Below, one piece after another: positions 1-14,085 of a stretch of DNA of 64,000 nucleotides. Under the pieces are notes generated by a model that was not told the origin of the DNA, made no database searches, and was given only the letters and a program-made list of their open reading frames with translations. The stretch spans positions 104,904,001 to 104,968,000 of the forward strand of contig NC_043002.1 of the NCBI RefSeq assembly GCF_006345805.1. The letters run 5' to 3'. Source of the DNA: Octopus sinensis. Lineage: Eukaryota. Numbering within the stretch: the stretch's first letter is position 1; the number at the start of each line of letters is the position of its first letter. A program made the position numbers and the translations under genes.

Positions 1-943
1 TTATTGTTGTTGCGTTTCTGTTTATATCATAACAATGATATAATAATAACAACACCAATAATAACACTCGTTTCAAATTTTACAGGAATTCAGTTTGAAA
101 TGTAGGAGCAGGTCGGATTTCATCGACACCAGTATTTTACTGGTACACCTAAATAATATTGTCCGATGTATGGTGACAGTCAAAACCTGAATTAAGGAGA
201 GTGTGGAAAATAATTCTGATGGCGCCCACCCAAATATTCCTGAACATTCAAGCTAATATATAATGTTTATGAATAACAAAAGGTGTTTTCATTTATACTC
301 CATAAATAATTGTCTGTTCCCTAAAAATAAATGCAAATTTTTAGGACTAGTTAATTCGAATGCGTTGCTGTAGTAACTAGCCTAACATTCTATCTAAATA
401 CACCTTGTAAAAAAGGGCATAATTAAAATCTGGAAATATATTTTGAAATGTGGAAAGCTTTTAGAGATCGTTCCTAACCAATTTTCTTTAACCTGTCGTT
501 CTGATACTATAAATATATCTTCAGAATAAAAAAAGAAAATTCAGAGGTTATAATTGCCGCTTGTGAATTCCAAACCATCTGTGTGTGACTGAGTTAAAAC
601 CAATTTAAAAGTTTCATTTCTTATCTGACGAACCTATAATGTTGTAAATGAATTTGCTCGTATAGGCAACATGCTGAAGACAAAATAAGAGGGAAATGTA
701 CTTTAATTAAAGGTATCAGTCTTGATTAAGACATAGGAATGAAAGATTTGTTTTTAGAACCATCAAAGAAGTATTATTAGGAGACGAAGCTGTGGACATA
801 AGGTCACGAAATGATTGGGAAAAGGAGAAAAGCATAAGGCCGAACATTCAGAATATTCTAACCAATCGAAATCCATGATATATTCCTGTAAGGTAATGTG
901 TAACTTATTCAATCGTGTTAAGGTATTCTAGACATTATCTAAC

Positions 944-1012
<69 letters not shown>

Positions 1013-1140
1013 ATTATATATATACATTGTTATATTTCGGAATGGTCATTTTACCAGTTTAGCCAATAAAGACACACGCACTGTATAATTGGTGTTACTG
1101 TGCTTCAGTGTTATTTATTTTTTACATTAATCTTAATCTT

Positions 1141-1187
1141 ATTTCGGCCACAGTTCTTTTGTTACACTCCTGTGACCACATCAGTGG
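1141..1187 (-). ncRNA. Degenerate hammerhead-like motif in a (TA)n-abutting PLE-like terminal repeat
   Basis: Minus strand reads CUGAUGU-GGUCACAG-(16 nt)-CUGUGGCC-GAAAU. There is an 8-bp stem II between a CUGAUG(A>U) core and GAAA, but stems I and III are not intact. Confidence 0.45.
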
Positions 1188-3064
1188 TCCTTTGTTTTCT
1201 TTCTTATTTACGTCTCTCCTTACTAACCGTCAGCCATTTTGTATTTCTATTGTATGTCTTCATTTGCGCATGCTTATAACTCTATGTGCGTCTATGTTTA
1301 TATATAAATATACATATACTTATATATATGCATTAACATATGTGTGCCATATGGTTCGTCTTTTTTGACACCCAAAGTAATTATATAAGTACTTCTAGAA
1401 GTTTTTTTAAACTTCGCTGATTTTACTTGTTTATTTCCATATGATGCCTGTTTCGATCCCAACTTTCCTATTCGGTGCACACACGAAACAATCCCTTCTT
1501 AGATATTATTTATATTCAATACATTAGCCATTCAAAGTTCACAACCTGTGTCCCGTTTTTATTTATAGACCCAAAACCTTTAAAAAAAATTCCCTAATGA
1601 AATTTCAAATGAATACGTAACAGACATTAAATGTCGTTGTTTTTTTATTCCATATCCAAAAAAAAAAAAAAACGGTGAATACCGACTTTCTTTCACAAAA
1701 TATATAGATAATCTAATCACTGTATTTTTCTTCGAAATTATTTTTATTTTGCCTTTCTTATCGTATTTTTTACGAATATTAACATCACACCTGGTAAACA
1801 TATATTCCTTATAGTAACTAATTTCTTAACTGGAACCTCGATATATTCTCGTGCTAGTTTCTTTCTGTTTAGCGCTATTAACATAATATCTATTTTTATT
1901 TATATATCAAACCTGTGTACAACACACATAAACGTAAGTAATTTATAGATTATTAACAACCGTATTCATCTTTTTTTTCCATATACTCTGTTAATCTGTT
2001 CTCCAAATAACTTCCTAAAAGCCAGTATTACTAATATGAAATCAAATTTGATTTTTAAGCATCTACTATATCACTTAGCCTAATAATCTACCTTGAAATT
2101 AAATACCTTTTAGAACTATCCCCCCCCCTTTGTTTTCCCTACAAACCCCCTTTCCGCTATATTTTTCCAATGTCCCTACCTATTTGTGTTTTTTTGTCTG
2201 TATCCATATCCATACGCCTGTATATACTTTTTTTCATATACATACATGCGTGTGTTTATACTTATGGTTTGAGTTTAACTATACGCATGAATCTATGTGC
2301 GCAGATATACATGTGTCCATATGCATGTTTATTTATATATTTTATTCATTTTCTGCATATATATGCTCAATTAAAATACGTAAGAGCCACTATATACTTG
2401 ACATTTCCTATCCTATTCTTGCTAGCTCCTCAAATACGTTCCAATATGCACCTGCATACCCTAATCAGTAACGGTCGATAATTAAGCTCCACTAGTAAAT
2501 CATTGCCGCGACACTTTTTCAAATTTCTACCCATTCTGAATTATGACAACATATATATCTCTCACTAAACCAATAAGAATCATCCATAGAATTTAGTTTC
2601 TTCTTATATTAAATTTATTGTATATTATATTACTTTCTATATTTGTATCTTTATTCTTATTTCACTTTATTTTATTTTTTGTCTTAATGTTCTGACAGTC
2701 ACCTTTTTAATTTATCATAATATAAGAATCGTATTTAATACTTTTGCATATTTTTTCTTCTTATAATAATAATAATAAATGTCCTTCAAATTACATTCTA
2801 TCGTGTAGAGTAAAAGAGAACACGCTGCCTGATGTACTCCTAGAAACACATTGATCTCGAAGGGAAAGAGCAGCTTATGGCGAGAAGGACCTTGATCGAA
2901 GATCCATTTGATCGTGGCTTACACGGGAGCTAAACAACCTCAACAGCAACACTAACAAAAACAACATAACCACCATCAACAAGAACTACAGAAGCAGAAC
3001 TTAAACAAAAACAGCAGATAGTGTATATAGACTGACATCCAATACAAATGAAAGTATATATATA

Positions 3065-3293
3065 TTTCTTTACTACCCACAAGGGGCTAAACATAGAGGG
3101 GACAAACAAGGACAGACAAAGGGATTAAGTCGATTACATCGACCCAGTGCGAAACTGGTACTTTATTTATCGACCCCAAGAGGATGAAAGGCAAAGTCGA
3201 CCTCGGCGGAATTTGAACTCAGAACGTAACGACAGACGAAATACCGCTAAGCATTTCGCCCGGCGCGCTAACGTTTCTGCCAGCTCGCCGCCT
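3065..3293 (-). mobile_element. tRNA-derived SINE (family A), full length, with target-site duplication
   Basis: Minus strand starts AGGCGGCGAGCTGGCAGAAACGTTAG (A-box-like), has GAGTTCAAATTCC (B box) and ends CCCCTTGTGGGTAGTAAAGAAA. ATGAAAGTATATATATAT flanks both sides (3048-3065 and 3299-3316). More than 10 related copies occur in the window. Confidence 0.9.
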
Positions 3294-3631
3294 CTTTGAT
3301 GAAAGTATATATATATATATATATATACTTTTATTTGACGTTATATAACTCAATATTCTATAAAGGGGCACCGACAATAACGAAGAAGTTTATATATGGA
3401 CGGTATGCACGTATGCACATGTCTCTGCATCAATTTAACTGACATGTGGAAAAACAGAAAAATTAAGTCCTAATGATGTTTTCATTAATAGAAATTAAAT
3501 ATTCATTGAAGTGTGCATGTGTAAACGTGTGTTAACTCACAAATATCTCGTTTATTTCCATCTCACAATCTATTCCTACACGATAATTCAAAATGAGTGT
3601 GTATGCGCTGGGTTCTGTATGTATGTAGATA

Positions 3632-3672
<41 letters not shown>

Positions 3673-3730
3673 ATATATGTGTTCGTGTGTAAACACACAC
3701 ACACATGTGTATGTATATATATATATATAT

Positions 3731-4048
3731 ATTATATAAAAGGGCTTAGTAAAATAAATTACTTTGCCGCATACTGAACTCATTAGAAATAGCAGCTAAA
3801 AAACTTTTTTAAAACTATTTCTAATACTTAAAGAAAATCTCTCTCATATATAGTGTTTGCTTAATTCAACTCACAAAAGTTTGGGGGTAAGGACATCGAA
3901 AAAGTAAGTATGCGGCAAAGTAATTTATTTTATTAAGCCCTTTTATATAATGTAATAATTTGAATTCGCCTTGAATGGTCCCTTTGCATACTGAACACTT
4001 GGTGAAATTGATTAATAATTAATTAATTTTGCCCTCAATTGTTGAAAT

Positions 4049-4050
<2 letters not shown>
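3731..4050. mobile_element. Fold-back short element between (TA)n tracts
   Basis: 45-bp inverted arms at 3731-3775 and 3907-3951 (1 mismatch). The end AATGGTC...AATTAATTAATTTTGCCCT resembles the end of the 48640-48895 element. Confidence 0.7.
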
Positions 4051-4089
<39 letters not shown>

Positions 4090-4236
4090 ATATACGTTTA
4101 CACACACACATTCGTACACGCTCTCGCTGGCTAACACACTCGCAAGTTCTTTCTCGCGCTGTGCCTTATCTCTTTAATATTTGTCTCTCACAATCACTCT
4201 TTCACGTTTGTCATCCTCCGCACAAACATTCTGTTT

Positions 4237-4308
4237 GAGGAGGCTCTCTAAAATAACATTATAGCAAAACAGAAGAGCCACAGCTGTGAGCTGAAACAAT
4301 ATATATAA

Positions 4309-4346
<38 letters not shown>

Positions 4347-4784
4347 CACACACACACATATATATATATAGTGGAAATTTAGAGAAAAACAAAAGACGAA
4401 GACAGGTGCTTGAACAGCAAACACGTGTATACGTTTCGAGCCTACACATTTCACCAGAAAGGATTGAGAGAAAATACACCCACGTACACATATATAGTCT
4501 TTTTCTCTCTTCCTTCCTCTTTCCACCCTCTCTATTCACTCTTCGCAACATTATGATTGTCCTTTCTCTGTGTCTGGTACTTTGTTCTTCCTTCTTCCCC
4601 GCTTATCCCACCAGCGTCTTTTCTCCCTCTAAGTTCCGCTTCTTCTCTCAAATTAGCTTTATTTCAATCATATTTTTCATGTCTTTCATAATCCTAATCT
4701 GCCGCACACACCTCATATCTACTGAGTGATTCACTCTCCCTCTCTCTCTTCTCCTCTCGCTCTTTCTCTTTCGTATATATACTT

Positions 4785-4815
<31 letters not shown>

Positions 4816-5131
4816 ACGGTGAGATAAGGGGTACAGCAGAGAGAAAGTGAGAGAGATGAAGGAAGTGAGAAAAAAATTATATGTGTACGTGTGTGAATTT
4901 GCGTGCGTGTGTTTGTGTGTGTGTATATGTATATATATATGTGTGTATGTGCGTGCGTGCGTGCGTATGTGTGTCACCATGCTCGATTAATAAATCCACA
5001 AGTTTTTTTTTATTCTCTGTGTGTGTATTTTCTCTCAATCCTTTCTGGTGAAATGTGTAGGCTCGAAACGTATACACGTGTTTGCTGTTCAAGCACCTGT
5101 CTTCGTCTTTTGTTTTTCTCTAAATTTCCAC

Positions 5132-5170
<39 letters not shown>

Positions 5171-5302
5171 TGTGTGTGTGTGTGTGGTGTGTGTGTGTGT
5201 GTGTCTGTGTGTGTGTGTGTGTGTATGTATTTATATATATTGTTTCAGCTCACAGCTGTGGCTCTTCTGTTTTGCTATAATGTTATTTTAGAAAGCCTCC
5301 TC
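4237..5302. repeat. Inverted duplication (arms 4237-4479 and 5021-5302)
   Basis: The arms are near-identical reverse complements, including an internal (CA/TA)n tract and a fragment of the GGCTCGAAACGT (HHR-like) repeat family. Confidence 0.9.
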
Positions 5303-5329
5303 TAATATGTGGCATTTGATAAAACCCTC

Positions 5330-5450
5330 ATTTTCAACTCTTGCTGCGATGTAGGTTCATCTTGAAAAGCTCCATCTTTGATTTGAAAACACGTACAACC
5401 ACTCTGTGTAGGTATCCCAGAATCTCTGGGAGAAACCGGGGAACATAGAG
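5330..5450 (-). mobile_element. CR1-like LINE 3' fragment
   Basis: Minus strand translates LPEILGYLHRVVVRVFKSKMELF...DEPTSQQE, homologous to the end of the 21253-21950 LINE (MDLREVDVSVFMAK). Confidence 0.55.
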
Positions 5451-5495
5451 GCTAATATCTCTTTAAGAGCTATATATCTTCATGATAATATTTAC

Positions 5496-5733
5496 TTCTT
5501 TATTGCCCACAGGGGGCTTAACACAGAGGGGACAGACAAGGACAGAAAAGGGGATCAAGTGTAATACATCGACCCCAGTGCGTAATAATATATCCTAGCT
5601 TTGAAGGCGGTGAGTTGGCAGAAACGTCAGGATGCCGGGCGAACATTAAGTAACCGTTGCGTACTGGGTTTGATCTCATGGAGTAGCCCTGTCCCCCAAA
5701 ATTTCGGGTCTTGTGCCTAGAGCAGAAAAAAAT
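5496..5733. mobile_element. Two SINE family A fragments (5496-5585 minus, 3' end; 5606-5733 plus, internally deleted)
   Basis: Direct similarity to the 3065-3293 copy (TTATTGCCCACAGGGGGCTTAACACAGAGGGGACA; AGGCGGTGAGTTGGCAGAAACG). Confidence 0.8.
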
Positions 5734-6982
5734 ACATCCTGAGTTTAAAAGCAAATACTGACTTTAAAGTTGACCAAGCGATTAAGAACATTATATTGAT
5801 AGTAAAATATAAACGTCTTCCAATCTTCCTTAAAATCTTAATCATGTTAGAAAGTGCATATCCCACTGCTCCTCGCTTGAGGGATCATTTTTCTATACTC
5901 CTCTTGCGACACATAAACATTAAACTGTCAAGTGTAGTTATTTGAGTTTTACTTTGGTAATTGAAACCCTAACATCATTCAAAGGAAGCTTCAGACTGAA
6001 ACTGATTCAATCATTGGCTCAGTGATTCCGACCGCATTCTCGTAGTTTCGGTCGGCAGAAACTTTTTCAGAATTGTTGTATTGATATGCACCAATGGTAG
6101 AATGACTTCGTCTGTAAACAAAACAGTGTAATGGCACTTAATTTGTCTCAGTAAAAAGGAAAAAATCCATTGCTTCTCTTGTAATATCTCCACTTAGACC
6201 TATCACGGCTAACCTATATCAGAAATCATTATGGTTAATAATACTGCCGAGACATGACCATGTATACAGTCTACATCCACAAGAAAGTACTTACAAAATA
6301 CTATTTTTCATTTTTTGTAGCTGAACTTTAAAATGTTGGTCATGTTGCTTTTGTTATTAGTGAAAGAAGATAATACATCAGCTATTAAGTCGATATTAAC
6401 TTTGATTATGCAGCTTTTTATGCCTCCTGTAGTTTTCTTATTGATGGTTTCACCGTAAACCTGATATCCTCTGTCAGATAATTTTATTGTTTTGAATAAA
6501 TTGTTCAATGCAATCTTTCGTGCGTTTTTAACTGCAGAAATGTTTTACAAATTTAAAATGTCTATAAAAAAAATAGCGACTGGTGATTTTATTTGGATTA
6601 TGGAGCATTAAGTTAGCGACAAACTGTCTCCTTTGGAAAGTGGTATATCAAATATGGAATATTTTTTTATGGAAATGATAAGGAGACTAACGACAGGTGA
6701 TTCTATATCGCTCTTTGGAGGAAACTATATGTGTTGGTCAAAAAGTGATGTATGTGCATTGAAAGCGTATATGCAACTACATATCAACTAATATGTATAC
6801 ATAGAAACATAAGGTGACGTAGGGATATACATTAGCACGCCGGAAGAAATTCGAAACCGCTATGTGTACATATAATTGGAGTCAAAAGCACATCTCTTCT
6901 TGGTTTAAACATTTCCCTATACATTTTTTGTTATATTGTCTTTAACCCGTTCCCCACGCATTCAGCCGTTTTAAGTCTAGGA

Positions 6983-9736
6983 CAGGCATTGGCTAACTAT
7001 GGCGCGCGTGCCATGCATGACACATGGTCCAATTTACAATGTCACGCACGCCTCTTGGTAAAAGATAAACGTAAATTTTTGTTTATAAATATAATTCAAC
7101 AAGCGCCATCATAATAATTAAATTACATCGTTACATGTCTTTTTTTATGATCCATCTATTCTAACCTAAACTATCAGAAGTTAGCTGTATTTGGTAGCAT
7201 TACATTTCCTTAAACATATATTACTACTGAACACAAATAATTTTGGCGACACCAAATTATAAATGTTAGCACAATTAAGTCATTTGTAAACTGGCGCTGA
7301 ATGTATTTATACGTACTTTATTACTTAAGCCAGCAGCTAGACACGCAAACGCCTATTGTTTTAATCTGTTGTATCTTTAGCAGTGCAGATCATGATATGT
7401 TAAAATCAGTTAACTACCTTACAGTGGCCAATCTCAAAAAAGACATCCTTAAAAATGGGCTCCTACTGTCATCTATAAGTAGACTCTTTTAAAATTATTA
7501 TCTTATTCTGAGGCCAGTTTTATATTAAATAGGAAAAAATCCTTAGTGAGAAGGGTTTTCAAAGACAAGCAAACATAAAATGTCAAAAGTTATACATATT
7601 TTCTTTGGTTTGAATGTCTCCTTTGTGACTGTTTTTTTACTGTTTATTCTTACCAATTATTTTAATATAATTATTTTTATTATTACGGAAATTTATTCAC
7701 TAAATTTATTTCCTTATTTCACTTTTTTACATTTTTTCTTTTAATCTCATTATTTTTATTTAGTTATTTTTATTTCTATTTGTAGAATCTGGTTTAAGGG
7801 TTTATATACCTGTTAATATTAATTATCAATATATAGTGGCCGAAGATGAATAACAAAAGACAAAAACTTGACGGTCGTTAATTTCAAGATTTCTGGAGAA
7901 CTGATTATGGATTTCTACAACAAAATGATGGCGCTGTGTGTATATTCTGTCGTGAATACTTCGTATGTCGTACAAGTGTACAAACGACACTATCAAAATA
8001 GACACCTGACTACATTTAAAAACTCTGATGAGAAAACTGAAACCATCAAAAGATTTATTTCTAGTTACAAAAAATGCCTTTCTGTTTTTGTTCAAATGCT
8101 TGAAACCAAAAGTAAAGCCAACTAATGTAGTTACACATTTGCTCACTTTTACACTTTTACAGACGCAGAATTTATCTAAAATGCTTTTCTGGGAAGTGAT
8201 AACATTGATTTACCAAACGCTGAAACAATAGTCTCGAATTAAAGAAATACCAGCTTCTGCAAGATCAGTTAAGGGACGTATAACTGATACGGTTGAAAAC
8301 AACAATAAAACAAAAAGTTGGATTACAAAAGGCTGCTGCATTCAGTGACGCTATCAATGAAAATACTGATGTGAATGACATAGCGTGCCAAGCAATTTTG
8401 GTAAGATACTGTGAGAATGATCGTATTTATGAAGAATTATGTTATATGATTCCTCTTACCAATATAACTACGGGACAAGACATTCTGACTGCATTTGTAA
8501 ATTAACTTGAATATGAAGCCATTAATATAAATAAAATATTTTGTATGACTAATGATTGTACACGTGTAATGGTTCGAAAGGAAAAAAGGGTTTGTTAAGC
8601 TTCTTGGAAATCATATTGGACGCAATGTAATGAGTTTTCATTGCATCAGGAAGATTTAGTTGTAACACTTTCTTCACAAAGCTATGTATCTGTCATGGAG
8701 ACTCTTGTTAAAATAGTTAACTTCTTATTCCTTGCATCCACTGACTCACAGACAATTTAAGTCCCTTCTGCAAGAATTGGACAGCGAATGTGCAGACCGC
8801 CCGCTACACAGTAATGGCTGTTGGCTTCGACAGGATAATTTTTTGAACAGATTTGTATCATACTTCGTTGAAATTATATATTTTTTGGCATAGTATACTT
8901 AGCAACACTTACAAATGCTTTCCAAACGTAGAAGCTTATTCTAATTGATGTAATGTTAATAATACCGAACTTCAAAAATATAATGCAACGTTACTAGAAG
9001 AATTTTCCAACCGAAATAAGGATTTCGAAACTTACGTTCCTATATTTTCTTTTCTTGGCAAACCCGACTTGATTGATTTGATAACGAATCCATTTGATCG
9101 ATCACTATTTGAGTGGATGCCCGTCGGTATTTTTGAAATGGAAATGGTTGAAGTAACAACTTCAGAATTGGGGAAAACAAAAGAAGCTTCTTGTAGAAGT
9201 CTGTTGCCATTTTCAATTGCTGTATGTCGTTGGCTGAAAGATTCAATTCTTTGAAGAAAATCTCACATGCTCTACTTTCAGCCTTTGGCTCAACATATAT
9301 ATGGGAGGAAATGTTTTCCCATATGAAATCTGTTTTCAGTCCACAAAGAATTTATCAGACAATTCAACATTCGGAAGATTGCGTGAAGCTAAAAGTCACA
9401 AATTATGCAACTGATATTGAGAAATTAGGCAAAAATGTACAGGGACTATGTTCCCATTAATTTACAGAAATTTAATGTAACTGTTGTTAATAGCTTGTTT
9501 ATAATTTTGTTCTGTTGTTTATAATGTGTAATACTTTTTAAAATTAATTATTGAAATAAAACTATATTTGTTTCCATTCAATTTGAATTATTAAAGAATT
9601 AATAAACTAGATTTCTGTTATAGCGAATTTCAAAAGCATAAATTCTACTAATAAAAGTACCAATATGAAGTTGGCACGCGCAATGCTTTTGGGAGCTAGG
9701 TTTGGCACTCCATTTGCAAAAGGTTGCTGACGCCTG
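6983..9736 (+). mobile_element. Full-length decayed hAT DNA transposon (Buster/SPIN/Charlie-like)
   Basis: Imperfect ~16-bp TIRs: CAGGCATTGGCTAACT at 6983 and AGGTTGCTGACGCCTG ending 9736. The 8-bp TSD has a central TA: GTCTAGGA (6975-6982) and GGCTAGGA (9737-9744). An internal transposase remnant is present. Confidence 0.9.
7836..9460 (+). pseudogene. hAT transposase pseudogene (GTF2IRD2/SPIN-like), many stops and frameshifts
   Basis: Motifs FSDAINENTDVNDIACQAILVRY (cf. FSLALDESTD..D.AQL.IFVR), TTGQDI, VMSFHCI, HSNGCWL (cf. H..VRWLS) and C-terminal LSAFGSTYIWEEMFSHMK (cf. FGSTY.CE..FS.MK). Confidence 0.9.
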
Positions 9737-12700
9737 GGCTAGGATATATATTAACAACATTCCTTCTTTCCACTCTTCTTTCTTTCGTTCCCCTCTCTCA
9801 CAATATTCCCTACATTCACAACAAATGTGGCCACATTCCTGATTAATTTTCATTTAAGAAAGTTTAAATTACTTTGAACTTAATCTATTATACCAATATC
9901 AAACCTGGTATTGATATGTTAACTTTCTTATTAATGGCTTGTTAATATAATTTCACATTTACCAATAACCATGCATAGACTAAGCATTATAATTACCTTG
10001 CTAAATATCTTATATCACCCTACAATTTTGCTGTCCGAACATGACGCCAAAACTCCATCCCCACCACACACACATTAGGATATTTACCATGTGAATTACG
10101 ACTAATCACTTGGACTATAAATTATAGGCCAAAGTATCCATACCTCGCCACTTACCATGAGAAACATTAAAGAATCTTTAATATCGTCAACTCTAATAAC
10201 TCTACAGCACTTTCTAGTGCGCAAACGTATTCTTCTCCATTCAACTGGGATCTCCTCAATCGTCGCTTTTTCATTTTTCTTCTTTTTATGCGTTTTATTT
10301 ACTTTGTAGTTATGTTTCCTAAATACCACAGCAAACTTCCAGCGTTAGCATTCAGAATATCACAGGGATTGATACGTATCTATACATGGACATACACATA
10401 CGTACATACATACATTTATACATACATACATACATACATACAACATACATACATACATACATACATACATACATACATACATACATACATACATAATACA
10501 TACATACATACATGCATGCATGCATGCATACAAACATACATATATATATATATATGCACCTGTTGTTATGTACTATTATTTGCATTTCTATTTGTGTACC
10601 ATTTCTCCGTTTCTTTTTCCGTCCTTGATTTCGTACACATTTGCTGCTTTCCTCCAAGGAATCTAGTGCACTTAGCTTAGTATTTCCTTGGACTGGCCAG
10701 ATTGGAGCAATCTTGAGTATAACCAGCCGAAATTGCAAAATAATCTGGAACTCGAATGAGGAAAGAAAACTTCGAATGACTCGACGTTGTTTTTTCTTGT
10801 CCCTCTTTTTGTATCATCTGTCTGGATGTTTTGCATTCTTGTCCCATTTTTCTATTTCTTTTTATATACGTATGGTGGCGTACGTATCTACTTAGATTTC
10901 CATCTACAGCTTTCCTAATCTAGTTCTCCCTCTTGTCTCAAACCGATGTTAGGAATAACGAACTCACTCAGACTGTCCCAGCCTTCTTCGGTGTGTCCAA
11001 TACATTTCTTAGCTTAGAATATATTTTTAATGTAAATAGAATTATTTTGAGGGATGTTTTCGTTTGCTTTGTTCACGAAGTTATGTTTAATTTTTCTACT
11101 TTCCAACTTTTGGCAATTAAGAGTTATTTTTCTTTTGTTATTACAATTCATTTTTAACAAAAGATAATTAAAAGCGTTCCATATGGAATTGATGTATAAT
11201 GGCACGAATTCGCATAGTAATCCATGTGTTATTTCACACGTACGCACTCTTAATTTGTGTATTTTAATATATTGTAGATATTATGAAGAATTCATTTTCA
11301 TCTTATTCGTTCAGGCATTCAATGTTATGCATGTTATTTTACTTCAACAAATATTATGGGAGTATACGTGTGTGTGTGTGAGAGATAGAAAGAGAGAGAG
11401 AAGAGTGTATGTATGTGTAAGAGAGAGAAAGAGAGAAGGAGAAGAGGGTGTGTGTGTAAGAGAGAGAAAGAGAGAGAAGAGTGTGTGTGTATGTGTGTGT
11501 GCGTGGGCTTCCGTTTGTTTGTTTGTGTGTGTGTGCGTGGGCTTGCGTGTGTTTGTGTGTGTGCGTCTATATGCATATATGCAAATTATATGTGTATATG
11601 TGTGTGTATGTATGTATATATATATATATATGTAAAAGCGCATCTCTACGTATATTTGTGTTGTGTGTATATGGCTTGTAAGACTTATTGCTTGTTCTAT
11701 GATTAATAACATAAAGGCTTGCGTTCCTGCATTTAGTCATTTGCTGTCACCATAACAATATGAATCTCGGTAGTTCATTAGTAAAGTGGGGTGGGAGCGG
11801 GGAGGACAAATGTACATTCAAATAAATGCATCTATTAGCAATTTACTTTAGCTCACGATTTTACAACACGAAACTAAAGAGTTTCGTGATCCAGTATGAA
11901 CTATTCATGTAACTATACATATATGTTAGAGATACACACACAATTTACTCTACACATATCCATGTATTCGAATTACGTATACATTTTTTGAAAAACCAAT
12001 ATAAACTATTGTTTTGGGCAGGAACTATTCTAATTTCAAACAACTTTTTAATACGAATTATAAGAACCTATACAATAACATACATTTTGTAGTCAGTTCG
12101 TATACAATTGCAAGAACGTGTGCCATCATGGTAGCACATAAATCAAAGGTGATGGATACCCGTGTAAAAATACACAAAGTAATACTTATCTCTCATTTTG
12201 GAGATGTGGCTCTCATGGTGCCTCGTATTTATTTGGATAAATGTATGCAGCTGATGTCGTTGTATTCTCCTCAAGAGATTTTAGAACATTGAACAGCCTA
12301 GAAAGAATATAATAAATACCAATTTCAGAACACCATTTTTACATGGATTAATGCTATTCTAATCTCCTTCCCAGGTTATTCAAAAAACGATGCAGTTGGT
12401 AAAGCTCCAAGATGTACTCACCTATAGATTATTGTGAAGAAAACATTTATCAGCCTAAAATATCAGTAAACTTTGAGGGTTACAATGTGATCCATGGATA
12501 TTACCAAGAGGAATTGCTAAACAGGTAAGATTGAGGATAGAAAGATCAGACATAGTCTGGACAAAGAGGATGTTAAGTATCTAGTACTTATACCATGGAT
12601 AAATAGAATCAGGTCTACCAGTCACGTTTCCTCATTTGCCGGCGAAATTTGTACTCTTGTTCATCTTTTGACTAACAAGAAGCCACAGATAGAAGTAACT

Positions 12701-12819
12701 CTTGAAGGTCGCGTTGCTAAATGGTAAGGGGAATTTGTAAACAGAAAGAAGCAGAAAGACTTGCTCATACCAGAACCTAGAAGGGATAGAGCCCTAATAA
12801 AAAAAACATTCTGGCGAAA

Positions 12820-12855
<36 letters not shown>

Positions 12856-12897
12856 TGTATGTATGTATGCATACATACACACAAACACACACACACA

Positions 12898-12944
<47 letters not shown>

Positions 12945-13236
12945 GCACATGCACATATGGATGCAGAGCGTCACCAAGAGCAAAGAACAGCTCATACACT
13001 CCTCTCCATACACTTTCTGCAACTTTGCGTTGGCCTCCGAGGAGGTATTGCCAAGACAACTTTCTCTGCCATAGTCATTGCAACAATTGCACGCTACACA
13101 CCTTCCTTCCAAGAACTGCTATAAATAGCGGAAGCGAGCTAGAACGTCAAAACTTAGTGCACCTGCACTAAGTTGTTACTATGGCAACTGTTCCGATACT
13201 TATTGATCAGACCACTTGTATATATATATGTGTATA

Positions 13237-13327
<91 letters not shown>

Positions 13328-13379
13328 ATATATAATATATATATATATAATATATATATATATAATATATATATATATA

Positions 13380-13525
13380 GTGAGAATTTACAAAAACACA
13401 AAAGTTGAAGATGGGTGTGTAAATAACAAAGAGATGTTTTAGTTTAACGCTCGGGAGATGAGAAAGTATTTTACTTTTCGAGCGTACGCTCTTCTACAGA
13501 AAGGAACACAGAAAGAGAAAAGTTC
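13380..13525 (-). mobile_element. Short (TA)n-abutting repeat with variant hammerhead-like motif (13469-13503)
   Basis: Minus strand reads UUU-CUGUAGA-A-GAGC-GUAC-GCUC-GAAA-AG-UA-AAA. Related copies lie at 4371-4479, 5021-5131, 21075-21232, 26975-27160, 27599-27782 and 29851-30008. Confidence 0.7.
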
Positions 13526-13571
13526 AAAAGGTTCAAACGTCGTGGTGTATTGGAGCGATTTCTCATCAAAG

Positions 13572-13660
13572 GAAGAGTCCAGTGTAATCTATAGTTAGGA
13601 GATGTGCAGCCGATATGTTGGGAAGACAGGATAAAACTGCTGCGACCACGTGAGCATTAA
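13572..13660 (+). pseudogene. GIY-YIG endonuclease remnant (Penelope-like)
   Basis: Reads SSVIYS*EMCSRYVGKTG* and then REH after a frameshift, matching the VIY..C..YVG.TG...R..EH pattern of PLE GIY-YIG domains. Confidence 0.5.
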
Positions 13661-13995
13661 ATATGTGATAATCGGAAAAGGTAGTGCTCTGAACGAAAAA
13701 TAATATTCCTTTTAATACTATTGTATTATCCTGTTTTCACTTCATGAAACCAAACATACGGATTCAGCTTGCAAAGAAGAAAAAAATGTGTGCGACGCAA
13801 CGCCTCCTAAATGAATTTACCAATCGACATGTCTCATTTTATTGATGTATCTCAATATTCAATACGTTAATATTTCAAAATATGCTCCGTTTACATTCTC
13901 TTTTTGCACACCGCTAGTATTAAGGCGGCATGCATGAAAAATCAAATGTGACTATTCTACGCGACATGCTAATATTCAGTTAGATTTTTATACTG

Positions 13996-14050
<55 letters not shown>

Positions 14051-14053
14051 CTC

Positions 14054-14085
<32 letters not shown>

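Noticed and set aside
510-705. CTGACGA/CTGAAGA strings at ~518, 625 and 674
   Set aside because: No convincing stem II, GAAA and stem I combination; consistent with chance.
3065-3293. tRNA gene calls for the SINE heads
   Set aside because: A and B boxes are present but there is no cloverleaf. Multi-copy bodies, tails and TSDs indicate SINEs.
8024-8046. CTGATGAGAAAACTGAAACC hammerhead-like string
   Set aside because: It lies within the hAT transposase reading frame (SDEKTET) and has no stems I, II or III.
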